A stretch of 31,078 nt of DNA from a virus (lineage: Duplodnaviria; Caudoviricetes). Where the stretch lies: positions 1 through 31,078 of IMG/VR virus record IMGVR_UViG_3300009678_000117. One strand, 5' to 3'. Both the position numbers and the translations under genes were made by a program. Under the pieces are notes generated by a model that was given only the letters and a program-made list of their open reading frames with translations, made no database searches and was not told the origin of the DNA. This document shows positions 8,794 through 18,161 of the stretch, in pieces; the first letter of the stretch is position 1; each line of letters starts with the position of its first letter.

Positions 8794-10137
8794 TTAGGTA
8801 AGGTTACCGAAATCGCCGTAAATAAAATAGTTGTCGCCATAGATAGGAAACGCTATCCTTTCTTCTACCCGTACCGTTACTTTATTTTCACGGACGTTTA
8901 TGCCGTCTTCGTAGAAAAATTCAACCCGTGGCGCTTCCCTGGTTAACAGGTTTGCACCCATTACCCAATCCCCAACAATGAATTTATCGGCTGCCATAGC
9001 AGTAGAACGAAAGACAGGGATACCGGCTATATACAACTGCCCGTTTTGGATAGTTGCTAAAGCGGTAGGCAGGTCGTAAGTACCAGCGCCGCCCGCTGCT
9101 TTATTCAAAAGGATCTGGTAATAGTCAGACGGGCTTAACAAAATTCCGTTTGCTTCGCGGTCGTAACCTTCCAACTGCGCTATTGCCTGGACCAACTGTT
9201 CTACGTCAATCGTAGCGGTACCCGTAGGCGCCGTAAAATTGCCGCTGTCTGTAATACCGGACAGCTGCGGGCTGGTTCCGTTACCGTTCAAAAGCTGGTT
9301 ATCTTCCGCGCGTAAAAGCAGTTCAGGAAGGCGGCTTTGTAAAAAGGTTGTCATACCCGGCACATCGTCCAGCATTTTACGGCTGATCCGTACCCAGCCA
9401 GCAATGTATTCTGCGGGTACCGCAGCTTCTACCAGGTTCAAGTCAATTTGCGGTTTTTCTACGCCTTCCGCTACGGGTGCAATGCTGCCTTCGCCCGCTT
9501 CTTCTTTCACATAGGCAAAGTTTGAAAGGGACATACTGCCGCCGCTTAACAGTTCGCGGATATGCAATTTACGTTTTGGCAATTCGATAATACCGGGGCG
9601 CAGGTTCGTTACGCTAACGTCTGCGGTAGGGAAATTGTCTGCAAAAATCATGTCCCCTGCTATCTTCATTTCAAACCCTACGCGTTCGCCGCGTTTCATT
9701 GTGGCAATCGCAGCGGCATTTTCTTTAATGCCTTCGCTCAAAAGCTGGTTAAAGCTTTTTTGCTGCTTTACGGTGGTAAGTTCGCCGTTAACGAATTTAT
9801 CTATAACGGGCTGGTTTGCATCTGCCGCGTCTTTCAATACCTTAATGCTGGCTTTCTGTTCGTCAATCAAAACCTGCATGGCTGCTTCTTTAGCTGCCTG
9901 CTTTGCTTCCAAAGCTGCTATAGCAGTTTCTACCTGCTTTTGCTGTTTGGTAGTTAGCGTTCCTTCCAAAGCGGTTTTCAGGGCATCCAGCTTCGCCGTT
10001 AAGGCGTCCGGGTCGTCGCCGCCGTCTGATTTATACGAAATATTGTGTTTGGCTTCGCCTATGCGCTGCCTACGGGAAGTAATACGGGGTAAAGTTGCCG
10101 GCTTATTAGCGGGAAACTGTAAAAAGGTTTTTTTCAT
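8794..10137 (-). CDS. Major capsid protein, HK97 fold, with N-terminal delta (scaffold) domain
   Basis: Coiled-coil N-terminus, then VAEGVEKP, IAGWVRISRKMLDD, EDNQLLNGNG and N.VTVRVEER motifs. Confidence 0.95.
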   Translation of the reverse strand: MKKTFLQFPANKPATLPRITSRRQRIGEAKHNISYKSDGGDDPDALTAKLDALKTALEGTLTTKQQKQVETAIAALEAKQAAKEAAMQVLIDEQKASIKVLKDAADANQPVIDKFVNGELTTVKQQKSFNQLLSEGIKENAAAIATMKRGERVGFEMKIAGDMIFADNFPTADVSVTNLRPGIIELPKRKLHIRELLSGGSMSLSNFAYVKEEAGEGSIAPVAEGVEKPQIDLNLVEAAVPAEYIAGWVRISRKMLDDVPGMTTFLQSRLPELLLRAEDNQLLNGNGTSPQLSGITDSGNFTAPTGTATIDVEQLVQAIAQLEGYDREANGILLSPSDYYQILLNKAAGGAGTYDLPTALATIQNGQLYIAGIPVFRSTAMAADKFIVGDWVMGANLLTREAPRVEFFYEDGINVRENKVTVRVEERIAFPIYGDNYFIYGDFGNLT

Positions 10138-10152
10138 TTGACCGTTTCGGGT

Positions 10153-10893
10153 TTAAGTAAGTTGAGAAATAAAATTATCTAGCGCAGATATTTTACTACT
10201 CACCGGGCCAAATGTCTTTTCGACGGGTTGGATGGTGTTACTTTCGTAAAGTGCCTTTAGCTTTTCGGTTTTTTGGGCAAAGTCAATTTCAGCCAGTTCT
10301 AACGTTCCGTCTGAAAGTTTTCCCGCCCTCAAAATCTTAGCTAAATTATCAAGTTGTTTAATAATTTCCAAAAATTCTATTTTTTGTTCTTCCGGCGTTA
10401 AGCTTTTGCCGACGGATAAAGTAGGCGTATCCGGGTTTGCCCCCCAAAGTACGGCGCTGCCTTCGTACAATAGAATTTCTTTTATAAGGCGGTATTCGTC
10501 CGCCTTTCCTTTGTTCTGCGGTTCGCTGGATATTGTGCGAAAACCTACGCTATGCTGGTTTATATGCCCGGCGTCGTACATTATTAGCATGTCCTTGCCT
10601 AACGTGGTTTCGGGTATGTTGGTAACGCCTACCAGGTAATTATTTTCTACAAACAATTCGGAAAACTTACCTATTGCGTTTTTCATAGACGCGTTGTGAT
10701 CCGTCAAATGCCAAACCAGGTTTGCGCCTTTCGGCCCGCGTTCCTTTATCGTCCGGTTATAGGCTTTGTTGTCTATTATATCCCCGTCCAGGTCCAAACT
10801 GCCCAGGCTGGAAATAGCAACTTTTACCCGGTTGTCTACTGTGCTAACGTCTAAAACGCCGCCGTTAATGTTTTTTATATCGTAGTTTTTCAT
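10153..10893 (-). CDS. HK97-family prohead protease
   Basis: DLDGDII, HLTDH, HSVGF and LYEGSAVLWGANPDT motifs; directly upstream of the capsid gene. Confidence 0.92.
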   Translation of the reverse strand: MKNYDIKNINGGVLDVSTVDNRVKVAISSLGSLDLDGDIIDNKAYNRTIKERGPKGANLVWHLTDHNASMKNAIGKFSELFVENNYLVGVTNIPETTLGKDMLIMYDAGHINQHSVGFRTISSEPQNKGKADEYRLIKEILLYEGSAVLWGANPDTPTLSVGKSLTPEEQKIEFLEIIKQLDNLAKILRAGKLSDGTLELAEIDFAQKTEKLKALYESNTIQPVEKTFGPVSSKISALDNFISQLT

Positions 10894-10897
10894 ATTC

Positions 10898-11827
10898 TTA
10901 ATGTACTATTTTTAAGTTGTCGCCTGTTCTGTAAATTGTGCCTACTACCAGCCCGGCGCCGGACGCCGCGGCATTATCCGCAAATTCCTGAACCCCTATA
11001 AAAATATGGCTATCGGCTGTAGATGTTATGGATGATGAAGATGCGTCTGCTGTTCCTACGATTTGTGCGGCCTTAACTCCGTCATTAAAATTTGCGCTTA
11101 ATATAAAATTGGCATCGTCTGTTCCGACATTCGCCCTTACTATTGCTATATTATCGTCGTTCGTTGGGTCAAATGCTCTTAGGTATGAATCATTTATTAA
11201 TATACTACCGTTTGTTTCCCCACCCGCAATAAACGTATGGCTATCTGCTGTAGATGTTATGGATGATGAAGATGCGTCTGCGAATCTTTGTATTTGGGCT
11301 GTTTTAACCCCATCATTAAAATCTGATTGAATAATAAAAGTAGCATCTGTATTTTGAGTAAGCAACTCTACCGTTGAATTGTTATCATCATTGGTTGTAT
11401 TAAACGCTTGTAATCTCGTAGCTTCAGCCCCCGCCGTTGGGTCAATAGAAAGAAAATCATTCCCCCCTTGCTGAAAATTCAAAGTGTTGCTATTCAAGTC
11501 AACTAATCTTGCCCCTGCTAAACTTCCATCTCCTGTATAGATAGTATTACCGCCGGGGCCTGCGCCGCCCGCGTAAACCGGAAACATTGCTTTTATAGCG
11601 GTTACGAAATCTTCTTTTGTGGTTAGCGGCGTGCCGTCAAAACTTATATCTTCCGGGTTACGGGTCCGGCAATACGCCCCGTTTACGGTAAATATTATTC
11701 CTTCCTCTTCGTCGTAAACCCAGTTTACGGCCTGGCTGGTAGCGGCTAAACGTTTACAAATTTGGTTATTGACGAAAAAGTTTATGTAGTCGCCGTCGGT
11801 TACAAATTGGAAGGTTTGGTTTATCAT
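10898..11827 (-). CDS. Putative head fibre / decoration protein with internal 77-aa tandem repeat
   Basis: D/N/T/S-rich with a GGAGPGG linker, NTIYTGDGSLAGAR segment and C-terminal FADNAAA...GTIYRTGDNLKIV, as in fibre-like proteins; located within the head module. Function inferred. Confidence 0.5.
   Translation of the reverse strand: MINQTFQFVTDGDYINFFVNNQICKRLAATSQAVNWVYDEEEGIIFTVNGAYCRTRNPEDISFDGTPLTTKEDFVTAIKAMFPVYAGGAGPGGNTIYTGDGSLAGARLVDLNSNTLNFQQGGNDFLSIDPTAGAEATRLQAFNTTNDDNNSTVELLTQNTDATFIIQSDFNDGVKTAQIQRFADASSSSITSTADSHTFIAGGETNGSILINDSYLRAFDPTNDDNIAIVRANVGTDDANFILSANFNDGVKAAQIVGTADASSSSITSTADSHIFIGVQEFADNAAASGAGLVVGTIYRTGDNLKIVH
11006..11282. repeat. Two 45-nt near-identical copies (11006-11050, 11237-11281) within a 231-nt tandem unit
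   Basis: ATGGCTATC(G/T)GCTGTAGATGTTATGGATGATGAAGATGCGTCTGC, encoding ADASSSSITSTADSH twice. Confidence 0.9.
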
Positions 11828-12723
11828 ATTAGTCTGGTTTGTGGGCGCCGTATCTGCCCCGGAAATATTACTACGGTAGTCTTTCGTTTTGGTATTAAGT
11901 TATCGTTTGCGTCCCGCTTAAACGTATAGGACGCATGACAGCGGCAATTTATAACGCTTTCCGCCTTGCCGCGGGGGTCGCCTGGAAAAGCTAATTGGTC
12001 GCCGTTTCGCGGATCCGTAAACAGGTCCCCGGCGTTAATCTTGATACCGTCTAAATTCCAGTGATCCGCATGATCCTTCATACCGTTAACCGGGTTGCCC
12101 CGTACGCGGTTATCTTCGGCGCTTTGCCATTCTTTCATTTGTTCGTAGTCGCTGGTAGCTGCCTGCGCCGTACTGCCCACGTTCGCCGCTCTGTTAACTT
12201 CCGTTCTAACGATCCGGGCCGCCTGGTAGCGCAAAAACGGCCAATCTTCCAAACGGTCTACGGTTTGGTCTATTGACCAGCCTGCCGCTTCCGCCCTGCT
12301 AATTACTCTTAACATTGCTACCTGCGTAGTACGGGCAATTTCAAAGGTTACCTTTTCAAATAGGTAGCGTTCCAGGTATTCTAAAATAAATTTAGTCCAG
12401 GTATAGTTAAAGCCAAACCCTTTTTGCTCTATTGCCGCCGGGGCGGCTTTCTGCCCTCTTGTTTCAGGAAGTAAACGGCTATACGTTAGCTGCGCCCACC
12501 GTCTGCCTACCTTTTCGTAAAGGTCCTTTATTACCGGGCCTATTTTGGCATTGCCTACATTAACCGTAGTGTAATTACGGGCAGCGGTAAACCCGGACGC
12601 ATTTAAAACCGCTATGGTTTTATTTACCTGGTACTGTAGCGCCCGTTTTACCTTTGGTAAATAAATTGCCTCAAACCGGGTGTTAATTAGCTCATATTGT
12701 TGTATTTGGGCGCTTTTACTCAT
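11824..12723 (-). CDS. Phage head morphogenesis protein (Mu gpF / SPP1 gp7-like)
   Basis: AARIVRTEVNRAAN, KEWQSAEDNRVR and FPGDP...INCRC motifs. The likely start is MSKSAQ (12723); the ORF track gives 12747. Confidence 0.9.
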   Translation of the reverse strand: MSKSAQIQQYELINTRFEAIYLPKVKRALQYQVNKTIAVLNASGFTAARNYTTVNVGNAKIGPVIKDLYEKVGRRWAQLTYSRLLPETRGQKAAPAAIEQKGFGFNYTWTKFILEYLERYLFEKVTFEIARTTQVAMLRVISRAEAAGWSIDQTVDRLEDWPFLRYQAARIVRTEVNRAANVGSTAQAATSDYEQMKEWQSAEDNRVRGNPVNGMKDHADHWNLDGIKINAGDLFTDPRNGDQLAFPGDPRGKAESVINCRCHASYTFKRDANDNLIPKRKTTVVIFPGQIRRPQTRLI

Positions 12724-12898
12724 ATTCTTTTTTAGTAGGTTCGGCAAATAGGCGCTTTGCGTAACCGATCCGTAGCGCCGTTAACCTTGCTTTTTCACGT
12801 TCGCAGCCCCGGCGCTCCATTTTGGTTACCGGGTACCGTTCGTAAACCTTCTTTTTAATTTCCGGGTTTGTCTGTATTATCGTCAATAGGTTCGCCAT
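12716..12898 (-). CDS. Small basic hypothetical protein
   Basis: 60 aa, overlaps the portal stop and the gpF-like start, same strand. Confidence 0.55.
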   Translation of the reverse strand: MANLLTIIQTNPEIKKKVYERYPVTKMERRGCEREKARLTALRIGYAKRLFAEPTKKEYE

Positions 12899-14336
12899 TA
12901 TCGTCTAAATTTGGATCCGTTTCAGTACTTAAATCCCTTTCGTTTAACGCCGCTGCCATTTCCTGCCCCGCCTTAAAATCTGCCAGCGGTATGTATCCGC
13001 CTGCACTTTTAACCCAGGGTTCGTTAAGTTCCGGGTCTGTAGTTGCTGCCAGGCCGCACAATTCCCGCTGTTCGTTCGGTATCTGAACTATTAAGTTATT
13101 GGTCCATTCCGCCGTCTCCTTTACGTCTGCCTGCAATTCGGGGTAAACCGAAATGTCATAATCTATTACAGTACCAGGCGGCAGGCCCCAAACGGTCTGC
13201 CCTTTACGGTTCAGTAAGTTTTTAGTTTCGTTTAACCGGGGTATTGCGCAGCGGTTCGTTAGCGCCTTTTCAACTTCTTTTTGTGTGTTGTATGTCCGGC
13301 TTTCCGGGTCATTCATTAGCTGCGAAGGGACCCCGAAAATGTTACAGAAAAAACGTAAATCCAGGTATGTAGAGTTTATTATTTCCATTTCTTCACTAGT
13401 CATACCAATACTTTCGTAGCCCATTTCATAGCCTGAAATACCTATACGTCCGCGGTTCTGCGGTCCGCTCCATTCCCCTATCATTGTTTCTTTTAACTTC
13501 CGTACTTCCGGTAAAACCATATCCCCGTCAACTTGCCCTACCTGGTTACGCATAAACATAATGCCCTTTATACCTTCGTTTTGGAAAGTGCTGGCTTCGG
13601 CTTCCGTTAAGGCGTTATTCTTTCGCAGGCGTAACAGCGCAGCACGTAGCGGCGCCATGCCTTGCAACTGATCCCCGTTTATAGCCCAGTTAGGGTTAAA
13701 ATATTTGTCGTGTGCTACCTGATCCGGGCGGTAATTGATTGCCCAAACCGGTATGTAGTAACCGGTAACGTAAGCAGGAAAAGTATTTGAGGCGTAAATA
13801 GAAACAATCTGCGAAGGCAAATTTTGCAGGCTTATTGGTATGCCCTTATTTGCGCCCGCCTTAATCGGGTCGCCTAAAATATACCGGTTGCCGGTTAACA
13901 GTTTATAAGAAACGCCGTTGCCTACAAATTCGTTAAACGTTTCGCTATCGTTCGGGTATTTGAGCAATTCCGCCCATTTGCCGCCCTCTTTTACCGGGCT
14001 TAACGCTTTAGATTGTAAGGATAGCAGCTTTACATAGTCCTGCGGGCTTAATACCTTTTTACTTTTCAGGGCGTTGTACTGTTTATATAATTCATCGTCC
14101 TGCACTTTGTACAGCCCGAAAGGCGCTATTTTTACTTTATCGGTAATCAGATTAATGATACTGTAGATAATATCATTAATATTGTACCCCTTAGTTATGT
14201 AATTTTCTACGTTATCGGTATAGCCAATAAGGCGCCCGTTTATCATTTGCATAGCTGGCAGCGCATGACTTACCGGCTTAAAACTATTTCCCTGGTTGGT
14301 CGTTATTGGATTTAACCGCTTCGCTAGTAGGGACAT
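12855..14336 (-). CDS. Portal protein (HK97 family)
   Basis: LLKYPN, LLTGN, GMAPLRAA, FQNEG and CNIFGVPSQLMND...TYNT motifs; follows terL. Confidence 0.93.
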   Translation of the reverse strand: MSLLAKRLNPITTNQGNSFKPVSHALPAMQMINGRLIGYTDNVENYITKGYNINDIIYSIINLITDKVKIAPFGLYKVQDDELYKQYNALKSKKVLSPQDYVKLLSLQSKALSPVKEGGKWAELLKYPNDSETFNEFVGNGVSYKLLTGNRYILGDPIKAGANKGIPISLQNLPSQIVSIYASNTFPAYVTGYYIPVWAINYRPDQVAHDKYFNPNWAINGDQLQGMAPLRAALLRLRKNNALTEAEASTFQNEGIKGIMFMRNQVGQVDGDMVLPEVRKLKETMIGEWSGPQNRGRIGISGYEMGYESIGMTSEEMEIINSTYLDLRFFCNIFGVPSQLMNDPESRTYNTQKEVEKALTNRCAIPRLNETKNLLNRKGQTVWGLPPGTVIDYDISVYPELQADVKETAEWTNNLIVQIPNEQRELCGLAATTDPELNEPWVKSAGGYIPLADFKAGQEMAAALNERDLSTETDPNLDDNGEPIDDNTDKPGN

Positions 14337-14469
14337 TTATTTCCTTTTGGATATTTAAAGTTAGTATTTCTATAGAATTATGGATAACTTTTACAATCTG
14401 CAAAAGCATATCTACCGCCCATTCTACCAGAATTAAAGGTATGTAAATTATGTATAATAGTTTTTTCAT
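14284..14469 (-). CDS. Small hypothetical protein with hydrophobic N-terminus
   Basis: 61 aa, fills the terL-portal gap, starts 2 nt after the terL stop. Confidence 0.55.
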   Translation of the reverse strand: MKKLLYIIYIPLILVEWAVDMLLQIVKVIHNSIEILTLNIQKEINVPTSEAVKSNNDQPGK

Positions 14470-14471
14470 GG

Positions 14472-15848
14472 CTAAATTACGTCTGCGGTCATTACAAATT
14501 TTGGCTTTAACTCAAAGTAAATACGCATTAAAATAGCGTCCCAAAAATCCGGGCTGCGCCCTATCGCTTCCTTTATTTTGTCCTTCGGCATTAGCCCTTT
14601 TTTTAAATCGCTGTCCAATAGTTTCTGCTTTACCTGTTCAAATTCTTCAATGATAAGCGGTTTAAATTCTTCCGGGCACTCTATGTAAAGCTGGTTATTA
14701 TTGATAAGTTCAGCCATCCTAAAACCGCACTGGCTTTTTAGGTTATCAAAATTTTCTACTACGGGTTTACCGTTGGCGTCCGTTGGCTTTTTAGGGTCCG
14801 GCATTGGACGGGCGTTATTTATAAACCCTTTAAACCCGCCGAAATCTTCTACCCCGCTACCCATTCCGTCACTATCTACAATAACATCTAATTTACCTAC
14901 GCCCAGGCGGCTGCGGGCGGCGTCTATGTTCGTGGTAGTAACGGTTAGCTTTTCCTTTTTGTAGGCGCTGACCTTGCCCCGCAGGCCATCCCATTCTATT
15001 ATCACTATCCGGTCGCCACCTAACCGGGCTATGTCCGCCGTTATACATTTACGCCCGCCGGGTACATGTGTGTTATTGAAAACGTCCATGCCCTTTTCGT
15101 AGTCAATCAGCGCCGCCGGGTCCGTATCGGCTTCCCAGTTACCCCGTAACAGTCTTTCACGTTCGTTTTTGCTTAATGATCTTTCCAGGTTTTCCAGGTA
15201 CCCAGGCGGTAGTTTTTTATTATCGGTAGGTAGCGCCTGCACGAATTGCCGCCACGGCTCCAAAGTACCAGCCCGAAACGGTTTGTAATATTGGCGGTAT
15301 AGGTAGTTTTTCGCCGGGTTGCAGGTTTGTAATAGTTTAGGGTGTAAATTGTAAACGTCGTTTTTCCATCTGCCTATTGACGCTGCCAGGTTATTTTTAC
15401 ATTCTTCTTCAAATTCGCCCGCTTCTTCAATCCATCCGCGGGTCATTTGCATACTACCGAACCGGAAGTATTGCGGATCAGACGGTATAAACGTAGCGTC
15501 TAAAAGGAAAACTTTACTGCCGTTATACAGGGTAAAATAGTTATCCTGCCCGTTATACTTCCAATATTCGGGGCCTATTTCCCAATGGTTGAAAACTTCG
15601 TGTATAGACGGTATAGTAAATTTCCGCAGGTTCGTTAAGCTTTTCCGGGCTATGAAGTAAAACGTTTCCGGGTAAATAAAGGCGTCCCCGAATATCATAG
15701 AAACGCCCAAATAGCTTTTCCCGCTGCCTTTCGATCCGCCGTAGACTATATCACTGGTTACCCGGTCAATCCATAAAGACGCCGCGTATTTCTGCTTTTC
15801 GTTTTCATGACTGTCAAATAGCAGCTTTCTGTCTTTCGGTTTGCTCAA
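14472..15848 (-). CDS. terL: Terminase large subunit
   Basis: Walker A YGGSKGSGKS, Walker B WIEEAGE, TCNP coupling motif, nuclease motifs ADIAR.GGD and RSPDFWDA. Confidence 0.95.
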   Translation of the reverse strand: MSKPKDRKLLFDSHENEKQKYAASLWIDRVTSDIVYGGSKGSGKSYLGVSMIFGDAFIYPETFYFIARKSLTNLRKFTIPSIHEVFNHWEIGPEYWKYNGQDNYFTLYNGSKVFLLDATFIPSDPQYFRFGSMQMTRGWIEEAGEFEEECKNNLAASIGRWKNDVYNLHPKLLQTCNPAKNYLYRQYYKPFRAGTLEPWRQFVQALPTDNKKLPPGYLENLERSLSKNERERLLRGNWEADTDPAALIDYEKGMDVFNNTHVPGGRKCITADIARLGGDRIVIIEWDGLRGKVSAYKKEKLTVTTTNIDAARSRLGVGKLDVIVDSDGMGSGVEDFGGFKGFINNARPMPDPKKPTDANGKPVVENFDNLKSQCGFRMAELINNNQLYIECPEEFKPLIIEEFEQVKQKLLDSDLKKGLMPKDKIKEAIGRSPDFWDAILMRIYFELKPKFVMTADVI

Positions 15849-17067
15849 TTATTTCAAAAGTTAAGGGTAAAATAAATTTGCCTTTATACCCGGCTAACCT
15901 CAATTTGCTTATACATTCGTCTTTAAAGTTCCAGGCTAGTAGAATAATGTAATCGGGCTGGTCAAACTGTAAAATGTTCAGCGGGTAAATCGGTATACCA
16001 GTACCCGGCGAATATTTACCCATTTTTTCCGGCGTCTGGTCAATAATATAACTTACTTGTTCGGACGTTATACCGGCGCAGTTTAGTAGCGTATTGCCTT
16101 TAGCGCTTGCGCCAAATGCGCCAATTTTAGCGCCGTCCGCTGCCAGTTCGGCCAATTTAACGCGGAAATTGCTGATTGTCTGTTTTACTTGTTGCTGAAA
16201 AGCTATGTAACTATAAACGCTATTATATTGCCCTTCCGTTTCCTTTCTTAGCCATTTATTAACTACCTGCGTATAATCCGGCCCGCTTTTTATCGTTACC
16301 CGGACGGATCCGCCGTGTATGTCTAAATGCTGAATATCCGCAATAGCTAAACCTACATTTGCGCAAAGTTCGTATAGCGGCCAAATGGAAAAATAACTTA
16401 AATGCTCAAAGTATATTGTGTCAAACTGCCCGCCTTCAATAAAATCTATAAGGTAGGGAAATTCTAATAGTAAAACGCCGTCCGGTTTTAATACTAGCTT
16501 CGCCGCCTCTAAAAACTCTTTTACGTTATCTACGTGGGCAAAAACATTAGTAGCGGTTATAACGTCCGCTTTCGGGAAGTTGGCGTTTATTAAATGCTTT
16601 GCAGCTGCAAACCCCCAAAAGGTATTAAACATTTTTATATCCTTATCCGCGTTTATCAGCGCCAAATTTTCTGCCGGATCTATGTTAAGGACCTTGCAGC
16701 CTATTTCGTCTTTAAATTCTGCCAGTAGCGCCCCGTCGTTTCCTGCTAGGTCTATTACAAAGCTATCCGGCGTTAAACCGTAGCGCTGCTTTAAGTCTTT
16801 AGCCATCTGCCGGCAGTGATCTACGTACCCCTGCGCTATGCTGCTACGGTAAACGTAGTGCCCGAATAAGGTAACCGGGTCTACTACTATGCTAAGTTGT
16901 GACAGATTGCAATTACCGCAGAATAGTACGGTTAGCGGGTAGCGGTCCGGTTCTTCGTCCGGTACGCTGCAAAGGTTATTACTTAACGGCATTTCGCCCA
17001 GGTCTAAAAATTCGGTAAGGTCTTTTGATCCGCAAACCCGGCAGGCGGAAAGGATTTTATACGACAT
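15814..17067 (-). CDS. NDP-hexose C-methyltransferase (Zn-binding, TcaB9/EryBIII-like architecture)
   Basis: CRVC...FCGNC zinc site, DLAGNDG SAM motif, NVFAHV, FDTIYFEHLSYFS, HGGSVR, GASAKGNTLLN, PDYIILLAWNF. Confidence 0.92.
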   Translation of the reverse strand: MSYKILSACRVCGSKDLTEFLDLGEMPLSNNLCSVPDEEPDRYPLTVLFCGNCNLSQLSIVVDPVTLFGHYVYRSSIAQGYVDHCRQMAKDLKQRYGLTPDSFVIDLAGNDGALLAEFKDEIGCKVLNIDPAENLALINADKDIKMFNTFWGFAAAKHLINANFPKADVITATNVFAHVDNVKEFLEAAKLVLKPDGVLLLEFPYLIDFIEGGQFDTIYFEHLSYFSIWPLYELCANVGLAIADIQHLDIHGGSVRVTIKSGPDYTQVVNKWLRKETEGQYNSVYSYIAFQQQVKQTISNFRVKLAELAADGAKIGAFGASAKGNTLLNCAGITSEQVSYIIDQTPEKMGKYSPGTGIPIYPLNILQFDQPDYIILLAWNFKDECISKLRLAGYKGKFILPLTFEIIEQTERQKAAI

Positions 17068-17076
17068 TGGATAAAT

Positions 17077-17403
17077 TTACGTTTTCTTTTTGTGGCTGCG
17101 TTTTGGTTTTTCGTTTTGTACGTGCGGCGTTGTGCCGGTTAGCTTTGGCGGCGTCCATGCGGCTTTCATTATTTCCGGGTCCGGGCTGCGCGGATCCGGT
17201 AAATCTTTAAGCATTTCCTTTGTTACTTTTAAATATCCGGCAATATATTGGTTTTCTAGTTCGTCCGGTTTTACCATAGCCTGACAGTAAAAATTACCGT
17301 TTACCCCTACGCCGCCCTGTAGTTCCCACCCTTCGCCTAATAATCCTTTTACTTCCTGGATAAATTCTACCTTACTGCGGTTTATTACTAATATGTAATC
17401 CAT
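17077..17403 (-). CDS. DUF1737-like protein with capsid-like motif and basic tail
   Basis: The N-terminal FIQEVKGLLGEGWELQGGV...YCQAMVK fits DUF1737; followed by YIAGYLKVTKEMLKDLP and KPKRSHKKK. Confidence 0.7.
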   Translation of the reverse strand: MDYILVINRSKVEFIQEVKGLLGEGWELQGGVGVNGNFYCQAMVKPDELENQYIAGYLKVTKEMLKDLPDPRSPDPEIMKAAWTPPKLTGTTPHVQNEKPKRSHKKKT

Positions 17404-18161
17404 TATAAAGGGTTTTTACTTGCTACAAATAAAAGGCTTTCGCCGTTAACGTTTCGCGGGCTGTCGCCGGTCCGAATATGCCTAAATCCGGCGTCCGCAA
17501 AACATTCCAGCATTTCTTCCGGGTATAACCAAAACGCTTCATTTTGCAGGCCGCCGCAATAGCTTGCAGACGTTAACCGCGTCCCGTTATAGTTATTCCA
17601 TTTGCCCCGGTACCCGTTTACGGTGCCTTCCTTGCCCGCTGGCTGTGTCGCGTCCGCTACTTGTGACCAAACGATAACCGTATCGGTTATACGGGCTAAA
17701 TTACAGATAAGCGTAACAGGGTCCTTTTGGTGATACAAAACGCCGGCAGCGCTGACAAAATCAAATTTATAGGCTAGTTCGCCCTCTACTAAAATAGCGT
17801 AATCCGCTACGTAATCGTTAAAATCACAAAATAAAAACCTTGCTTCCGTTAGCCTGAAAGCTTCTTTAACTACCAGGCAGCGTAAAAAACAATCGTTTAG
17901 CCCTTCCGTCGCTATTACTTTAGCGGCGCCCGCCTCTACTATCATTTTAGTATGTCCGCCCTCTAGTGCGCCTAATTCTAAAACATACTTACCATCTGCC
18001 CCGCCTATCTGTTCCAAGTGCCACAATAGCCGCGGATCCTTTGGTAACAGGTCTACCGTACCGCCTACTTTCTGCCCCTCTATTTCGAATTGCGTAGTCC
18101 AGCCCCCTATAGTGTTAAACAGGGCCGCCTTGCTTGCTTTACCGCCTATTACTGTATTCAT
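17403..18161 (-). CDS. Class I SAM-dependent methyltransferase (possibly sugar O-methyltransferase)
   Basis: VLELGALEGGHT SAM motif, FDFVSAAGVLYH..DP, LECFADAGF. Substrate inferred from context only. Confidence 0.85.
   Translation of the reverse strand: MNTVIGGKASKAALFNTIGGWTTQFEIEGQKVGGTVDLLPKDPRLLWHLEQIGGADGKYVLELGALEGGHTKMIVEAGAAKVIATEGLNDCFLRCLVVKEAFRLTEARFLFCDFNDYVADYAILVEGELAYKFDFVSAAGVLYHQKDPVTLICNLARITDTVIVWSQVADATQPAGKEGTVNGYRGKWNNYNGTRLTSASYCGGLQNEAFWLYPEEMLECFADAGFRHIRTGDSPRNVNGESLLFVASKNPL

Noticed and set aside
10100-10137. Prp-protease cleavage motif (LQFFA-like) in the capsid N-terminus FLQFPA
   Set aside because: Partial match only. That system is characterised in Firmicutes phages, while promoters here indicate Bacteroidota.
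10998-11420. Possible diversity-generating retroelement template/variable repeat pair
   Set aside because: Differences between the copies are not adenine-specific, both copies are in-frame parts of one protein, and no reverse transcriptase is present.
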